Part shown: in pieces, positions 41,893-53,057 of the stretch
Layout of the letters: each line of letters begins with the position of its first letter
How positions within the stretch are numbered: the first letter of the stretch is position 1
NCBI GenBank assembly: GCA_965602015.1
Contig: OZ271918.1
Coordinates: 2,368,001 to 2,432,000 of the forward strand
From: Salinispira sp.
Lineage (GTDB): Bacteria; Spirochaetota; Spirochaetia; DSM-27196; Salinispiraceae
Reading direction: 5' to 3'
Length of the DNA stretch: 64,000 bases
The notes under the pieces: generated by a model
Told to the model about the DNA's origin: nothing
The model's input: the letters and a program-made list of their open reading frames with translations, nothing else
The model's database searches: none
Program-made: the position numbers and the translations under genes

Positions 41893-41904
41893 ATCTATGC
41901 CCTA

Positions 41905-42444
41905 TTATTTGATACCGGTCTTTCCTTCCTTGCGGCGGATGTATTCGTTCTCGTAGCGAACTCCCTTACCCTTGTAGGGTTCGGGCGGACGAATTGAGCG
42001 AATCTCCGCAGCAACCTGACCAACCAATACCTTGTCGATGCCCTTGATGCTTACCTTGTTCTGGCCCTCAACGGCGACCTCTATGCCATCGGGAAGCACG
42101 TACTCAACCTGATTAGAGAAACCGAGGTTGAGCAAAAGACTGTTGCCCTTAAGCTCCGCGCGATAACCAACACCGTTTATCACAAGCACTTTTTCAAAGC
42201 CCTTGCTGACGCCGGTGACCATGTTGTTCAACAGGTTACGGTACAGACCGTGAAGGCTCTTGGCTTTCTTGCTTTCATCGATACGGGTGACTTCGACAGA
42301 ACTGTCCCCGATAGAAAACTTCACGAAAGGCAGATAACTCTGGACGAGTTCACCCTTTGGCCCTTTTACGGAAAAGGCATCGTCTTTGACGTTTACTGTT
42401 ACGCCCTGCGGGAGTTCCACGGGCAGTTTACCAACTCGCGACAT
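41905..42444 (-). CDS. rplF: 50S ribosomal protein L6
   Basis: MSRVGK, PEPYKGKG. Confidence 0.97.
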   Translation of the reverse strand: MSRVGKLPVELPQGVTVNVKDDAFSVKGPKGELVQSYLPFVKFSIGDSSVEVTRIDESKKAKSLHGLYRNLLNNMVTGVSKGFEKVLVINGVGYRAELKGNSLLLNLGFSNQVEYVLPDGIEVAVEGQNKVSIKGIDKVLVGQVAAEIRSIRPPEPYKGKGVRYENEYIRRKEGKTGIK

Positions 42445-42453
42445 GTTTCCTCC

Positions 42454-42852
42454 CTACCAGATCGAGCAGATCAGCTCGCCCCCGACCTTCTTTTCACTGG
42501 CCTTGCGGCCGGTTGTCACACCGTTGGAGGTGGACACGATCAGGGTTCCATAACCATTGAATATCCGGGGCAGCTCTTTATACCCTGAATATACCCGACG
42601 ACCGGGCTTGGAGATCTTCTGCAGGCCGTGGATAATGGGCTTATCGTTCTCATCATACTTGAGAAAAACCCTGATCACATCGTGACCATCCACCGCGACC
42701 TTCTTGAAGTTCTTCACATAGCCTTCATTCTTCAGAATTTTCACAATTTCCAGTTTCAGCTTTGAGGGAGTAACATCCACCTTCTCAAAACCCGCCATGG
42801 AGGCATTCCGGATTTTTGTGAGCATATCTGCTACAGGATCGCTAATACTCAT
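42454..42852 (-). CDS. rpsH: 30S ribosomal protein S8
   Basis: [21 protein letters not shown]. Confidence 0.97.
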   Translation of the reverse strand: MSISDPVADMLTKIRNASMAGFEKVDVTPSKLKLEIVKILKNEGYVKNFKKVAVDGHDVIRVFLKYDENDKPIIHGLQKISKPGRRVYSGYKELPRIFNGYGTLIVSTSNGVTTGRKASEKKVGGELICSIW

Positions 42853-42863
42853 TCTTTACTCCC

Positions 42864-43049
42864 TTACCAGCTGGATTTCGTAACGCCGGGAATCAGCCCT
42901 TCTGAGGCGTATTTCCGGAAACAGACACGACACATCTGGAATTTCCGCATATAACCGCGGGGCCGGCCACAGACTCTGCAACGGTTCACCTTGCGGGTGC
43001 TGTATTTCGGCTTGCGCTGTGCCTTTATAATCATTGATTTTTTAGCCAT
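42864..43049 (-). CDS. rpsN: 30S ribosomal protein S14 (type Z, zinc-binding)
   Basis: [25 protein letters not shown]. Confidence 0.97.
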   Translation of the reverse strand: MAKKSMIIKAQRKPKYSTRKVNRCRVCGRPRGYMRKFQMCRVCFRKYASEGLIPGVTKSSW

Positions 43050-43059
43050 GTCTAACCCC

Positions 43060-43611
43060 TTACTTCCTGAACGGCATGCCGAGCTTGGCAAGCAGACTCT
43101 TTGCTTCAACATCGGTTTGCGCCGATGTTACTACGGCGATGTTCAAACCGCTGATCCTTTCAATCTTGTCGTACACGATTTCGGGAAAAATGATCTGCTC
43201 GGTGACGCCAAGGGAAAAGTTTCCGTGTCCGTCGAAGGCATTGGGATTCACACCCCGAAAGTCCTTTACCCGCGGAAGAGCGATATTTATGAGCCTGTCC
43301 AGGAACTCGTACATCCGGTCACCGCGAAGGGTAACTTTGCATCCGACTTCCATTCCTTCCCGAAGTTTGAAGTTCGAGATGGACTTCTTGGCCTTTGTTT
43401 TAACGGCGCGCTGACCGGCGATCTGGCTGAGCTCGTTCACTGCGACATCGAGGAGCTTCTTGTTGGAGATGGCGTCGCCTACTCCCATGCTCATGATCAC
43501 TTTTTCGACCCGGGGGAGCTGCATTGTGGATTTGTATCCGAACTCATCCTGGAGCTCCTTGCGCACCTTGTCGGAGTACAGGGCTTTTAATGTGGGTACT
43601 GCATTTGCCAT
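43060..43611 (-). CDS. rplE: 50S ribosomal protein L5
   Basis: [21 protein letters not shown]. Confidence 0.97.
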   Translation of the reverse strand: MANAVPTLKALYSDKVRKELQDEFGYKSTMQLPRVEKVIMSMGVGDAISNKKLLDVAVNELSQIAGQRAVKTKAKKSISNFKLREGMEVGCKVTLRGDRMYEFLDRLINIALPRVKDFRGVNPNAFDGHGNFSLGVTEQIIFPEIVYDKIERISGLNIAVVTSAQTDVEAKSLLAKLGMPFRK

Positions 43612-43931
43612 TACAGAGCCTCTCCTGTTTTCGCGCTGACGCGAACCTTTTTGTCGCCATCGATTTTATAGGCGACCCGGGTAGCCTTGCCGGATTTGGT
43701 CATGAGCTGAACATTTGACAGCTGCAGCGGGGCTTCAACATCCATAATGCCGCCCCGGTCGTTCTGGTTTTTCTTGCGAACGGCCTTCTTGACCATGTTG
43801 ACACCTTCTACGACGACCCGACCTTTTTTAAGATCGATACTCAGAACGCGTCCGGTTTTACCCTTTTCTCTACCAGCAATGACCTTAACCTGGTCATTCT
43901 TTTTTAGTTTGGTCTTGTATACATTACTCAT
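43611..43931 (-). CDS. rplX: 50S ribosomal protein L24
   Basis: [16 protein letters not shown] motif, EAPLQLSNV. Confidence 0.97.
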   Translation of the reverse strand: MSNVYKTKLKKNDQVKVIAGREKGKTGRVLSIDLKKGRVVVEGVNMVKKAVRKKNQNDRGGIMDVEAPLQLSNVQLMTKSGKATRVAYKIDGDKKVRVSAKTGEAL

Positions 43932-43946
43932 CGCACTATCCTTCCC

Positions 43947-44315
43947 TTACAGTACTTCCGGAGCAAGGGAAACAATTTTCATAAAATCCCTATCCCGAAG
44001 TTCCCGGGCTACCGGTCCGAAGATACGCTTACCCTTGGGATTGTGGTTAGCATCGATGATTACGCAGGCGTTCTCATCGAACCTGATATATGTTCCGTCT
44101 TTCCTGCGGAACGCATTCTTGGTCCTGACAATTACGGCCTTTTCGACCTTCCCCTTTTTCAGGGGAGCGTTGGGCAGCGCGTCTTTCACGCTGACAACGA
44201 TAATGTCGCCGATACCGGCAGTCTTTCTCTTGCTGCCGCCAAGCACCTTGATACACTGGACCCGCTTGGCACCACTGTTATCTGCGACGGTCAGGTATGA
44301 TTGCATCTGGATCAT
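43947..44315 (-). CDS. rplN: 50S ribosomal protein L14
   Basis: VADNSGA, SLAPEVL. Confidence 0.98.
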   Translation of the reverse strand: MIQMQSYLTVADNSGAKRVQCIKVLGGSKRKTAGIGDIIVVSVKDALPNAPLKKGKVEKAVIVRTKNAFRRKDGTYIRFDENACVIIDANHNPKGKRIFGPVARELRDRDFMKIVSLAPEVL

Positions 44316-44345
44316 TGTCTATCCTTCCTCTTATTCGCAGAGTGC

Positions 44346-44612
44346 TTAGCGAGCACGCTCCACAACCTCAACCATGCGCCAGGTCTTGTGCTTTGACACA
44401 GGCCGGCACTCCTCAACACGTACGGTATCACCGATATGGGCATCGTTGGCTTCATCATGAGCCTTGAGCTTCTTGGACCAAGTAACGTACTTCTTGTACA
44501 GCCCGTGAAGCTTCTTGGTGGTAACCTGCACCACGACGGTTTTATCCATTTTGTCGCTCACCACAACGCCGGTGTATGCGCGACGGTTCTTAGTAACCTT
44601 TGTATTTTCCAC
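44346..44612 (-). CDS. rpsQ: 30S ribosomal protein S17
   Basis: [18 protein letters not shown]. Confidence 0.97.
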   Translation of the reverse strand: MENTKVTKNRRAYTGVVVSDKMDKTVVVQVTTKKLHGLYKKYVTWSKKLKAHDEANDAHIGDTVRVEECRPVSKHKTWRMVEVVERAR

Positions 44613-44634
44613 GGCTATCTCTCCTCAATGGCCC

Positions 44635-44838
44635 TTAGTTGCCTTCGCCGGTAACTTCGGGGTGATTGTAGATAAGACTGTTCAACCGGGAAATCTGGCG
44701 GCGCAGGTTGCGTTTCTGAAGCGGGTTGTCCACATGGCCAACCACCGACTGAAACCGCACGTCTGTCAACTTAGTCTTAATCTCTTCCCGCTTCTGCACC
44801 AGTTCTTCAAAGGTCAGATCAGTAAACGAATTCTTCAT
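44635..44838 (-). CDS. rpmC: 50S ribosomal protein L29
   Basis: MKNSF..RF..NP..RRQISR; position between rplP and rpsQ. Confidence 0.93.
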   Translation of the reverse strand: MKNSFTDLTFEELVQKREEIKTKLTDVRFQSVVGHVDNPLQKRNLRRQISRLNSLIYNHPEVTGEGN

Positions 44839-44842
44839 AGTT

Positions 44843-45268
44843 CTACTCCAGATCTTCCCGCGCAACAAACTTACACTTGATAGGCAGCTTGGAGGCGGCG
44901 CGAGCCATTGCCTCTCCGGCCAGCTCCCGGCTTACGCCAGCAATTTCAAACATGACCGTACCGGGCTTCACGACGGCGACCCAGGCATCAGGGGAGCCTT
45001 TACCGCTACCCATTCGGGTTTCAGCGGGCTTGCGGGTATAGGGCACATCGGGGAAGATGCGAATCCACACCTTACCGCCACGCTTAATGTGCCTGGTCAT
45101 TGCAATACGAGCAGCTTCAATTTGACGGTTGGTAATCCACTTGTTGCCAAGGGAAACCAGACCGAACTCTCCGAAGGCGATGGTATTTCCACGCTGTGCG
45201 CGGCCCATGAGGGAAGTGTTCACCTTACGCTGCTGCTTTCGGTATTTTAGTCTTTTAGGACTCAGCAT
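44843..45268 (-). CDS. rplP: 50S ribosomal protein L16
   Basis: [16 protein letters not shown]. Confidence 0.97.
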   Translation of the reverse strand: MLSPKRLKYRKQQRKVNTSLMGRAQRGNTIAFGEFGLVSLGNKWITNRQIEAARIAMTRHIKRGGKVWIRIFPDVPYTRKPAETRMGSGKGSPDAWVAVVKPGTVMFEIAGVSRELAGEAMARAASKLPIKCKFVAREDLE

Positions 45269-45270
45269 AG

Positions 45271-45972
45271 TTAGTTACTCCCTCCGCGGGGCTCTCTCTT
45301 CTTCCGAACGAGAGCGCCGGCGTCTTCTTTCTCTTCCCGCTTGAGCACCTCACCCTTGAAAACCCACACCTTGACACCGATGATGCCGAAGGTGGTCTGG
45401 GATTCGGCGAAACCGTAATCAATATTCGCCCGGAAGGTATGCAGAGGCACGCGGCCCTGCTTAATCACCTCGTTCCGGCTCATTTCAGCACCGCCGAGAC
45501 GACCGGAAATAAGGATTTTCACACCCTGAGCACCGCCCTTCATTGCGGTGGCAGCAGTCATCTTCAGGGTACGTCGGAAGGACGCCCGTCCCTTGAGCTT
45601 GCGTGCAACATCCAGAGCGATGATTTGAGCTTCGATCTCGGGCTTCTTGATTTCCTTGATCTTAATCTGAATCTTCTTGCCGGTTGTCTTTTGCAGGGAG
45701 GCGCCGATCTTCTCAATGGTCGCTCCCTTGGTTCCGATGATAACACCGGGCCGAGAAGTATGAATCACCAGAGTGATGCGCTGGGGATGACGTACAATTT
45801 CAACTTCTGAAATATCGGCATTGCGGGTCTCGGGGAGACTCGCCAGTGCGCGCCGCAGTTTCAGATCCTCATGCAGGGTATCTGCATACTCCCGGGGATC
45901 CACATACCATTTGGAGCTCCAGGTTTTATTGATACCGAGACGAAGACCGATCGGATTTACTTTCTGTCCCAC
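45271..45972 (-). CDS. rpsC: 30S ribosomal protein S3
   Basis: [21 protein letters not shown]. Confidence 0.97.
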   Translation of the reverse strand: MGQKVNPIGLRLGINKTWSSKWYVDPREYADTLHEDLKLRRALASLPETRNADISEVEIVRHPQRITLVIHTSRPGVIIGTKGATIEKIGASLQKTTGKKIQIKIKEIKKPEIEAQIIALDVARKLKGRASFRRTLKMTAATAMKGGAQGVKILISGRLGGAEMSRNEVIKQGRVPLHTFRANIDYGFAESQTTFGIIGVKVWVFKGEVLKREEKEDAGALVRKKREPRGGSN

Positions 45973-45973
45973 G

Positions 45974-46336
45974 TTATACTCCCGCCTTCTTTACTTCATC
46001 GACAACCGCTGTGACGTGACTCATTCTCTTGCTGAGAATGTCCGCCCGACCGCGTCCGCGGCGCCACAACCTCTTGAGCCGAGGACCTTCATTGACGAAG
46101 AGCTCGCTAATAACCAGCATGTCCTCATCGAGATCCTTGTTTTGATACAGCGCATTGGCCGCTGCGCTCTGAATGACCTTCCGAAGAATTTTGGCGCCCT
46201 TGTGAGGAAGACTGTCCAGAATCGCTATCGCTTCGGGATAACGCTTTCGTCGAACGTTGTCTGCCACCCGGCGCACTTTGGTCGGAGAGATCAGAACATA
46301 GCGGGCATGTGCTTTGTAACCTTGCTTATCTGCCAT
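45974..46336 (-). CDS. rplV: 50S ribosomal protein L22
   Basis: [20 protein letters not shown]. Confidence 0.97.
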   Translation of the reverse strand: MADKQGYKAHARYVLISPTKVRRVADNVRRKRYPEAIAILDSLPHKGAKILRKVIQSAAANALYQNKDLDEDMLVISELFVNEGPRLKRLWRRGRGRADILSKRMSHVTAVVDEVKKAGV

Positions 46337-46349
46337 TCTTCAACTTCCT

Positions 46350-46631
46350 CTAGCGCTTGCCAGCTTTTTTATCTGATCCGGCATGACCCCGGAACAGTCT
46401 GGTGGGCGCAAACTCACCGAGCTTGTGACCGACCAGGTTTTCGGTAACGTAAACCGGAACCCAGGTCTTTCCGTTGTAAACCGATATGGTCAAACCAACC
46501 ATATCGGGGATGATGGTTGAAGAGCGGGAAAACGTCTTGATCATCTTCTTGCTCTCACCCTTGTTCATCTCAGTTACTTTTTTATAGAGACTCTTGGCAA
46601 CAAACGGTCCCTTTTTTACAGATCTTGACAC
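46350..46631 (-). CDS. rpsS: 30S ribosomal protein S19
   Basis: [18 protein letters not shown]. Confidence 0.97.
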   Translation of the reverse strand: MSRSVKKGPFVAKSLYKKVTEMNKGESKKMIKTFSRSSTIIPDMVGLTISVYNGKTWVPVYVTENLVGHKLGEFAPTRLFRGHAGSDKKAGKR

Positions 46632-46641
46632 GTCCTAACTC

Positions 46642-47466
46642 CTACTTTCTTCGCTTCACGATGAAGCGGCTGGAAGTCTTTCTCTTCTTCCTGGTTTTGT
46701 ATCCCTTGGTGGGCATACCCCAGGGAGAAACCGGATGACGTCCGCCGGAAGTACGGCCCTCACCACCACCATGGGGGTGGTCGACGGGATTCATAACGAC
46801 TCCCCGGACCTTCGGACGGCGACCAAGCCAGCGTGACCGGCCGGCCTTGCCAAGGCTTACATTCATGTGATCTTCATTGCCGACAATTCCGATGGTGGCG
46901 TAACACTTCTTAAACACCATGCGCATTTCACCGGAAGGAAGCTTTACGGTTACGTAGTCCTTTTCCTTCGCAACGACAGTTGCTGAAGCTCCGGCAGCCC
47001 GCACCAGCTGGCCACCGCGCCCGAGCTCGAGCTCGATGTTGTGCACCATGCTACCCAAGGGCACCATTTCGAGAGGCAGGGCGTTGCCCAGCTTGGGCTC
47101 TGCTTCGTCTCCGCTCATAACGGGGCTTCCAACTGCCAGGCCCCGGGGAGCCAGGATGTAGCGCTTGTCGCCGTCGGCATAGCTTACCAGGGCGATGTTG
47201 GCGCTCCGGTTGGGGTCGTATTCAATGGCCGAAACGACACCGGGGACGCCGTGCTTGTCCCGGGCAAAATCAATTACGCGGTATTTGCGCTTGTGACCGC
47301 CGCCTCTACGACGAACGGAAATCCGGCCTGCGGAGTTGCGCCCAGCTTTTTGACCCTTACCCTTGGTGAGGGCTTTTTCAGGACTCGCTTTGGTGATCTC
47401 GTCAAACGTCAGACCGGTGGTGCCGCGCAGACCAGGTGTTGTCGGGTTATAATTCTTTATTCCCAT
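46642..47466 (-). CDS. rplB: 50S ribosomal protein L2
   Basis: [21 protein letters not shown]. Confidence 0.98.
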   Translation of the reverse strand: MGIKNYNPTTPGLRGTTGLTFDEITKASPEKALTKGKGQKAGRNSAGRISVRRRGGGHKRKYRVIDFARDKHGVPGVVSAIEYDPNRSANIALVSYADGDKRYILAPRGLAVGSPVMSGDEAEPKLGNALPLEMVPLGSMVHNIELELGRGGQLVRAAGASATVVAKEKDYVTVKLPSGEMRMVFKKCYATIGIVGNEDHMNVSLGKAGRSRWLGRRPKVRGVVMNPVDHPHGGGEGRTSGGRHPVSPWGMPTKGYKTRKKRKTSSRFIVKRRK

Positions 47467-47484
47467 AATCTCTTCCTATAAGGT

Positions 47485-47769
47485 TCAGGCACCTTCGAAA
47501 ATTGAAATGGTTTCGCCTTTATTCAGGGTAACCACAGCTTTTTTCCAACCAGCGGTCTTGCCCAGCGCATAGCGTACGCGCCGGGGCTTGCCCTTGACGC
47601 TCACGATATTGCAGGCCAAGGGCTTCACCTTAAACAGGCTCTCCACCGCTTGCATTACTTGAATCTTGTTGGCCCGGGGACTTACCACGAAGCTATACTT
47701 GTTCTGCTCGCGCAGTCCGTTGCTCTTCTCGGTAAGAAGGGGCTCCAGAATTACTTCATCAGCTCTCAT
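47485..47769 (-). CDS. rplW: 50S ribosomal protein L23
   Basis: PLLTEKS, WKKAVVTL. Confidence 0.97.
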   Translation of the reverse strand: MRADEVILEPLLTEKSNGLREQNKYSFVVSPRANKIQVMQAVESLFKVKPLACNIVSVKGKPRRVRYALGKTAGWKKAVVTLNKGETISIFEGA

Positions 47770-47779
47770 CTATCTTCCC

Positions 47780-48424
47780 CTACTCAGCCTTGGCCGTCGC
47801 AGCTTCACCGTAAAACTCATTGAGCTTTGCGGCAGCGCTTTCCAGAACCAGCACCTTTTTACCGTAGAACAGGTCATGAGCCCGGAGCTTGTCGTAGCTC
47901 AGAGTAGTCAACCAGGGAATATTCCGTCCGGCGCGCTTGATCATCCGATCTTCATCCTTGAGGATGAGCACTGCCCGCTCTTCGGCGATGAGGTTTTTCA
48001 GGATCGACGCCAGGTTCTTGGTCTTTCCGTCTTCAATATTAAAATCTTCGACCACTACCAGGTTATCGTTCTGATTCTTCAGACTCAGAATCGATTTGAA
48101 TGCCAGCCTCTTAAGCTTACGGGGCATCTTATAGGAGTAATCCCGGGGACGGGGACCAAATGCGGCTCCACCGCCGACCCACACGGGACTCTGACGCGTA
48201 CCCATTCGGGCGCGACCGGTTCCCTTCTGCTTCCAGAGTTTCCGGTGCGAACCGCGGACCTCACTCCTGGTCTTGGTAGAAGCGGTGCCCTGGCGAAGGT
48301 TCGCCAGTTCGTTCCTGATGGCGTGATAAATAGCACCCTCGCTGACTTCCCGGTTAAACACCGAGTCGTCAAGAGCAATGCTCTTTACTTCCTTCCCATC
48401 TTTTGAAAGGACCTTCTTATCCAT
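47780..48424 (-). CDS. rplD: 50S ribosomal protein L4
   Basis: RQGTASTKTRSEV, QKGTGRAR. Confidence 0.97.
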   Translation of the reverse strand: MDKKVLSKDGKEVKSIALDDSVFNREVSEGAIYHAIRNELANLRQGTASTKTRSEVRGSHRKLWKQKGTGRARMGTRQSPVWVGGGAAFGPRPRDYSYKMPRKLKRLAFKSILSLKNQNDNLVVVEDFNIEDGKTKNLASILKNLIAEERAVLILKDEDRMIKRAGRNIPWLTTLSYDKLRAHDLFYGKKVLVLESAAAKLNEFYGEAATAKAE

Positions 48425-48433
48425 AACCGTTTC

Positions 48434-49057
48434 CTAACCTTTTTTCTTTGCCTTCTGAAGAACGACAAAACTGTTCTTCCGGCCAGGAACTGCACCTTTA
48501 ACCAGCACAACCTGTTTTTCAGCATCAACTTTTACAATTCGGAGATTCTGAACGGTAACCCGCTCATTCCCCATGCGGCCTGACATTTTGAGACCCTTGA
48601 TAACCTTCGAGGGCCATGCGGCCATACCGGTCGAACCGTTCTCCCGGTGAAACTTCGAACCGTGGGTAGCCCGGCCACCGCCGAAACCCCAACGCTTCAT
48701 AACGCCCTGAGTTCCCTTACCTTTGGATGTGCCGATGACATCGACAAAGGGAACCTCGACAAAAAGATCCGCGCCGAATGTCTGCCCTATCTCCACTTCG
48801 CCGTCAAAATCCCGGAACTCGACCAGCCGCCGCTGCGGGGCGGTCTCACCTTTGAACTGACCGGCATACGGCTTGGTGGTACGGGTTTCTTTCATTTCGC
48901 CGGATCCGAGGACAACGGCGTTGTATCCGTCTTTTTCTTCTGTGCGCTGAGCAACCACCACATTTGGGTCGACTTTCAGCACGGTGACGGGGGTGACCAC
49001 ACCGGTTTCATCAAAAACCTGGGTCATACCGACTTTTTTTCCAATAAGCCCTATCAT
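48434..49057 (-). CDS. rplC: 50S ribosomal protein L3
   Basis: KKVGMTQVF, SKGKG, VKGAVPG. Confidence 0.97.
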   Translation of the reverse strand: MIGLIGKKVGMTQVFDETGVVTPVTVLKVDPNVVVAQRTEEKDGYNAVVLGSGEMKETRTTKPYAGQFKGETAPQRRLVEFRDFDGEVEIGQTFGADLFVEVPFVDVIGTSKGKGTQGVMKRWGFGGGRATHGSKFHRENGSTGMAAWPSKVIKGLKMSGRMGNERVTVQNLRIVKVDAEKQVVLVKGAVPGRKNSFVVLQKAKKKG

Positions 49058-49197
49058 TGTATTCCTCACAATTGCTAAACAGCCGCCGACCTCAGATGAT
49101 CCGCACTGCTTAGGTAGCGATACATTTTGAACTCCGAGTCGTCATCCAACCTGCCATTAGGCAGTCCCGGACCGTGCCCGATTTCGAAGCAAATGTC

Positions 49198-49506
49198 CTA
49201 CTGCTTGATTTCTACGTCAACGCCAGCGGGCAGCTCGAGTTTCATAAGCGCATCCATCACCTGAGTGGTGGGCTCGATAATATCTATCAGGCGCTTGTGG
49301 GTCCGCATTTCGAACTGTTCGCGGCTTTTCTTGTTTACATGGGGTGAACGCAGCACCGTAAACTTGTTAATCCGCGTCGGAAGGGGGATGGGTCCTGAAA
49401 CCTTGGCACCCGACTTCTGCACGGTCTGTACGATGGATTTCGCGCTCTGATCAATCAGCTCTACATCAAAGCCGCGAAGGCGCACCCGAATCTTATCCTT
49501 AGACAT
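49198..49506 (-). CDS. rpsJ: 30S ribosomal protein S10 (NusE)
   Basis: [20 protein letters not shown]. Confidence 0.98.
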   Translation of the reverse strand: MSKDKIRVRLRGFDVELIDQSAKSIVQTVQKSGAKVSGPIPLPTRINKFTVLRSPHVNKKSREQFEMRTHKRLIDIIEPTTQVMDALMKLELPAGVDVEIKQ

Positions 49507-49636
49507 CTTTCCTCCAACGGTACACCGGTATCAAACCGGAAAACCGAATCGACGGCTTTGCCGGCAACCCCGGCAGCAGCCTGTCTTCCTTGCCGCTTTG
49601 ACTGCAGCGATTCTTCATCCGCTATTCGGCGGATTC

Positions 49637-49650
49637 GTTTTCAAAGAACA
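49637..49650 (-). promoter_or_regulatory. boxA-like Nus-factor binding element in the rpsJ leader
   Basis: Minus strand TGTTCTTTGAAAAC resembles rRNA-operon boxA (GYTCTTTRAAA). Confidence 0.6.
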
Positions 49651-49656
49651 CTTTTG

Positions 49657-49692
49657 AAAAACAAGCCGTTTCGCTCCGAAAAGCGAAACGGC
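49657..49692 (-). terminator. Intrinsic terminator or attenuator after tuf
   Basis: GCCGTTTCGCT-N6-AGCGAAACGGC followed on the minus strand by TTGTTTTT. Confidence 0.75.
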
Positions 49693-49706
49693 CCGTGTCT
49701 GTCGAA

Positions 49707-50897
49707 TTACTCGACGATTTCAACAACCTGACCGGAAGCAACGGTTCGACCGCCTTCCCGGATAGCGAAACGAAGACCCTTGTCCATCGCGATGGGGTGG
49801 ATCAGTTCAACTTCGATATCGGTGTTATCACCAGGCATAACCATTTCCTTGCCGGAGGGCAGGGTAACGGTTCCGGTAATATCGGTGGTACGGAAATAAA
49901 ACTGGGGCCGGTAGCCGGAGAAGAAGGGAGAGTGACGACCACCCTCATCCTTGCTCAGGCAGTAGATGGTGCCCTTGAACTTGTGGTGAGGAGTGATGGA
50001 ACCGGGCTTGGCCAGTACCTGACCACGCTCAACGCCGTTCTTGTCTACACCGCGAAGAAGCGCACCGATGTTGTCACCAGCTTGACCTTCGTCAAGGAGC
50101 TTGTTGAACATTTCAACGCCGGTAACGGTGGTCTTGGCAGTGTCCCGGATACCGATGATTTCAACTTCCTCACCGACCTTGACAATACCTGCCTCAACAC
50201 GACCGGTAACAACCGTACCACGGCCCTGAATAGAGAAAATATCTTCAATGGGCATCAGGAAGGGCTTGTCTACCGCGCGCTCGGGCAGCGGGAAAAAGCT
50301 GTCCATGGTATTGAGGAGTTCTTCAATACAGGCGTTTGCAGCCGCGTCATCGGGGTTTTCCATCGCCTGGAAGGCGGAACCGCGGATAACGGGAATGTCT
50401 TCGCCGGGAAAATCATAGGTAGAGAGAAGTTCGCGGACTTCTTCTTCAACCAGGTCGATAAGCTCTTCGTCATCAACCATATCAGTCTTATTGATAAATA
50501 CCATCAGCGCAGGCACACCAACCTGACGGGCGAGCAGGATGTGCTCACGGGTCTGGCTCATGGGACCGTCGGTCGCGGATACAACGAGAACCGCACCGTC
50601 CATCTGGGCGGCACCGGTGATCATATTCTTCACATAGTCGGCGTGTCCCGGACAGTCAACGTGCGCATAGTGACGCTGATCGGACTCGTACTCGAGGTGA
50701 CGGGTGTTGATGGTGATACCCCGCGCCTTTTCCTCGGGTGCGTTGTCAATTTCATCGTAGTTCAAAGCCTTTGCACCGTACTTGTTCGCACTGAACATGG
50801 TGATGGCAGCACTCAGAGTCGTCTTGCCGTGGTCGACGTGACCAATGGTTCCGACGTTAATATGAGGCTTTTTTCTTTCGAACTTTTCCTTAGCCAT
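49707..50897 (-). CDS. tuf: Elongation factor Tu
   Basis: [44 protein letters not shown]. Confidence 0.99.
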   Translation of the reverse strand: MAKEKFERKKPHINVGTIGHVDHGKTTLSAAITMFSANKYGAKALNYDEIDNAPEEKARGITINTRHLEYESDQRHYAHVDCPGHADYVKNMITGAAQMDGAVLVVSATDGPMSQTREHILLARQVGVPALMVFINKTDMVDDEELIDLVEEEVRELLSTYDFPGEDIPVIRGSAFQAMENPDDAAANACIEELLNTMDSFFPLPERAVDKPFLMPIEDIFSIQGRGTVVTGRVEAGIVKVGEEVEIIGIRDTAKTTVTGVEMFNKLLDEGQAGDNIGALLRGVDKNGVERGQVLAKPGSITPHHKFKGTIYCLSKDEGGRHSPFFSGYRPQFYFRTTDITGTVTLPSGKEMVMPGDNTDIEVELIHPIAMDKGLRFAIREGGRTVASGQVVEIVE

Positions 50898-51018
50898 TAC
50901 GCCCTCCTCACAGAATCGTAACGTGTAATTTTTGTCCTGCTCACATCTGTTCCATTGGATACACCGGGAAACTCGGATGAAAAGCTTCAGACATTTATAG
51001 TGAATAGAATGAGTTGGC

Positions 51019-51047
51019 ATTTTATTGAAGCGCAGATGCTTTGTCAA
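51019..51047 (-). promoter_or_regulatory. Sigma70 promoter of tuf
   Basis: TTGACA-17-TAAAAT on the minus strand. Confidence 0.8.
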
Positions 51048-51365
51048 CTTCGGTCGACAGGGCAATACGTCAAACGTATACCCGAGCACCCGGCTCATGG
51101 GAGGGAAATCACCAGCTTACCCGCTGCGCAAATATGCGCACGAAGCACGGTGACCACCTTACCATCCAATCTCAATCTATCCAACCGGACAAAGCCCGGT
51201 GCGATACACAATCATCGGAAGGTCGGTTTGGTCAATCAATATCGGCCGGGCATCAGCTGCGGCGATTGTTACCGCTTATCGTCCGGCCATTATTGGCGAT
51301 CATAAACACGACATCTCAAAGATCAATGCAATGTGGGCGGAATTTATCAGAAGCACGGGCACATG

Positions 51366-53021
51366 TCAAGCCCCGGCATTTGATAAATCGGGATCGGCGG
51401 AGCGAATGGGCAATTGAATGCAGAAACAGGCACCGATGTCCCGGGGAACTTCTCCTGCGAGCACTGGCCGTTCTTCCGTCCCGACATAGGAAAACTGGCC
51501 GCCGAGTTTTTGGCTTGTAAGGTTGTAGACAATGTGCAGCCCGAGGCCGGTGTTGCCCCGGTTCCGGCGGGTTGTGTAAAACGGCTCGAAGATTTTCCGC
51601 ACATGCTCTTCCGCTATGCCCGGGCCGTTATCGAGGAAGTACAATTCGAGAATGCCGTCACGGGTGACGGCGTGAAGCTCGATTCTATTGGGCTTCCCCG
51701 GATCATTGGATGGGTTCTCCGTGAAGGCGTGATGCAAACTGTTGCGGGTCAGATTGCTCAGCAGCTGCCACAGAACCCCGCGGTATGTCATTATTTTTAT
51801 ATCCCGCGGCACGTAAATTCCGACCCTTCCCCGGGCGGGTTTGAGTATGGTTACAAGGGTGTCTTCAATTTCCCTGAGGAACTGCAGCAGATCGATGCTG
51901 CTTTTTTCCTCAAAGTACTGATCAGCGGCGATCTGTTTAAAGTTGATTACCATGTCCCCTGCCCGGTTCAAATTGGCTGCACCAAGAGTCGCGGCGGCCT
52001 TTGCCTGATCAAGGATCTTGAGAAGCTCGGATTTTTTGAGCGCTGCGTCGTTGACACCCCGAACCGCTTCGGTAATGGCATCATTTATATAGGAGACCGC
52101 AGTGATTGAGACTCCAATGGGGGTATTGATTTCGTGGGCGAATCCCGCTACCAGACCGCCGAGTGCGGCCATTTTCTCCGACTCGATCAACTGGCTCTGG
52201 GCGAGTTTAAGCTCCTCCATACGTTTTTGCAGCTCCCCGGTTCGCTCCTCAATCTTACCCTCGAGATCCTGGGTAAAGGATTCAAGGCGATCGGCCATGG
52301 TGTTGAACTCGCCGGAGAGAATGCCCACTTCTCCACCCTCGGTGATTTCCGAGCGCTGACCGGTTTCACCCTCACCAAACAGGCTGACCGAGCGGGTCAG
52401 ATCGGCTATAGGTTCTGCAATGCGCCGGGATGCCGATGCCACGGCGAACACCGCGAGCAGGGAACCCGCAAGGCCAACCAGTGATGTGATGATTCCCGAG
52501 GATGCCAACGGCGCAAGGATGGGACTGAGGTCATTAAACACCACAAACAGCCATTCACTGGGCTCGTGGTAAAAAGCCGAAACAATCATGGAACGGGTGC
52601 GTTGTCCGCCGATTCCATCCGGCAAGATAAAACTATCTTCTTCAAGATTGGATAGGATGTCATTAAACAGATCGGGAGGCAGCCGGGAGCTGCCCTCTAT
52701 TATTTCGGGGCGGCGGAGGCTGCCGTCCGAGTTAACAACAAGAAAACCCCGCGAAAGATTACCGTCGGGATAAAAGCGCTCGTGAAGACTCTCGAGCAGC
52801 CGGTTCTGGAAAAACGGCACTGTGGAGATTTGAAGCGCTACATTTTGATCGTACTCCCGCAGGAATGTGTCCCGCAGGACGCTTGTTTCGAGCAGCAGCA
52901 GGTCCCTTTGAGCGGCGATGAGATAGTTCCGAGTCAGAAAGAGTTGGACCACAATTATCACCAGCAGCGGCAAAACCAACAGAGGGATGAATGTTCGTAG
53001 CAACCGGTTTCTAAGGGTCAC
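51366..53021 (-). CDS. Membrane sensor histidine kinase (HAMP, HisKA, HATPase)
   Basis: Two TM, HAMP, AHEINTPIG, DNGPGI, GNTGLGL. Confidence 0.9.
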   Translation of the reverse strand: MTLRNRLLRTFIPLLVLPLLVIIVVQLFLTRNYLIAAQRDLLLLETSVLRDTFLREYDQNVALQISTVPFFQNRLLESLHERFYPDGNLSRGFLVVNSDGSLRRPEIIEGSSRLPPDLFNDILSNLEEDSFILPDGIGGQRTRSMIVSAFYHEPSEWLFVVFNDLSPILAPLASSGIITSLVGLAGSLLAVFAVASASRRIAEPIADLTRSVSLFGEGETGQRSEITEGGEVGILSGEFNTMADRLESFTQDLEGKIEERTGELQKRMEELKLAQSQLIESEKMAALGGLVAGFAHEINTPIGVSITAVSYINDAITEAVRGVNDAALKKSELLKILDQAKAAATLGAANLNRAGDMVINFKQIAADQYFEEKSSIDLLQFLREIEDTLVTILKPARGRVGIYVPRDIKIMTYRGVLWQLLSNLTRNSLHHAFTENPSNDPGKPNRIELHAVTRDGILELYFLDNGPGIAEEHVRKIFEPFYTTRRNRGNTGLGLHIVYNLTSQKLGGQFSYVGTEERPVLAGEVPRDIGACFCIQLPIRSADPDLSNAGA

Positions 53022-53057
53022 GGGAAACTCCGAGATATCTCATTAAACCCGCCATGC

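Noticed and set aside
36573..50897. Missing fusA/rpsL/rpsG, adk/map/infA and rpsD as an anomaly
   Set aside because: Consistent with the usual spirochete arrangement, where these genes lie elsewhere.
49695..50921. 408-aa plus-strand ORF, and the N-terminal extension of tuf to 51098
   Set aside because: Antisense to tuf; the true start MAKEKF at 50897 has an RBS, and the promoter lies inside the extension.
50955..51604. Short ORFs or an ncRNA between tuf and the kinase
   Set aside because: No RBS, protein motif or convincing structure; the ORFs overlap the tuf promoter or the kinase 3' end.
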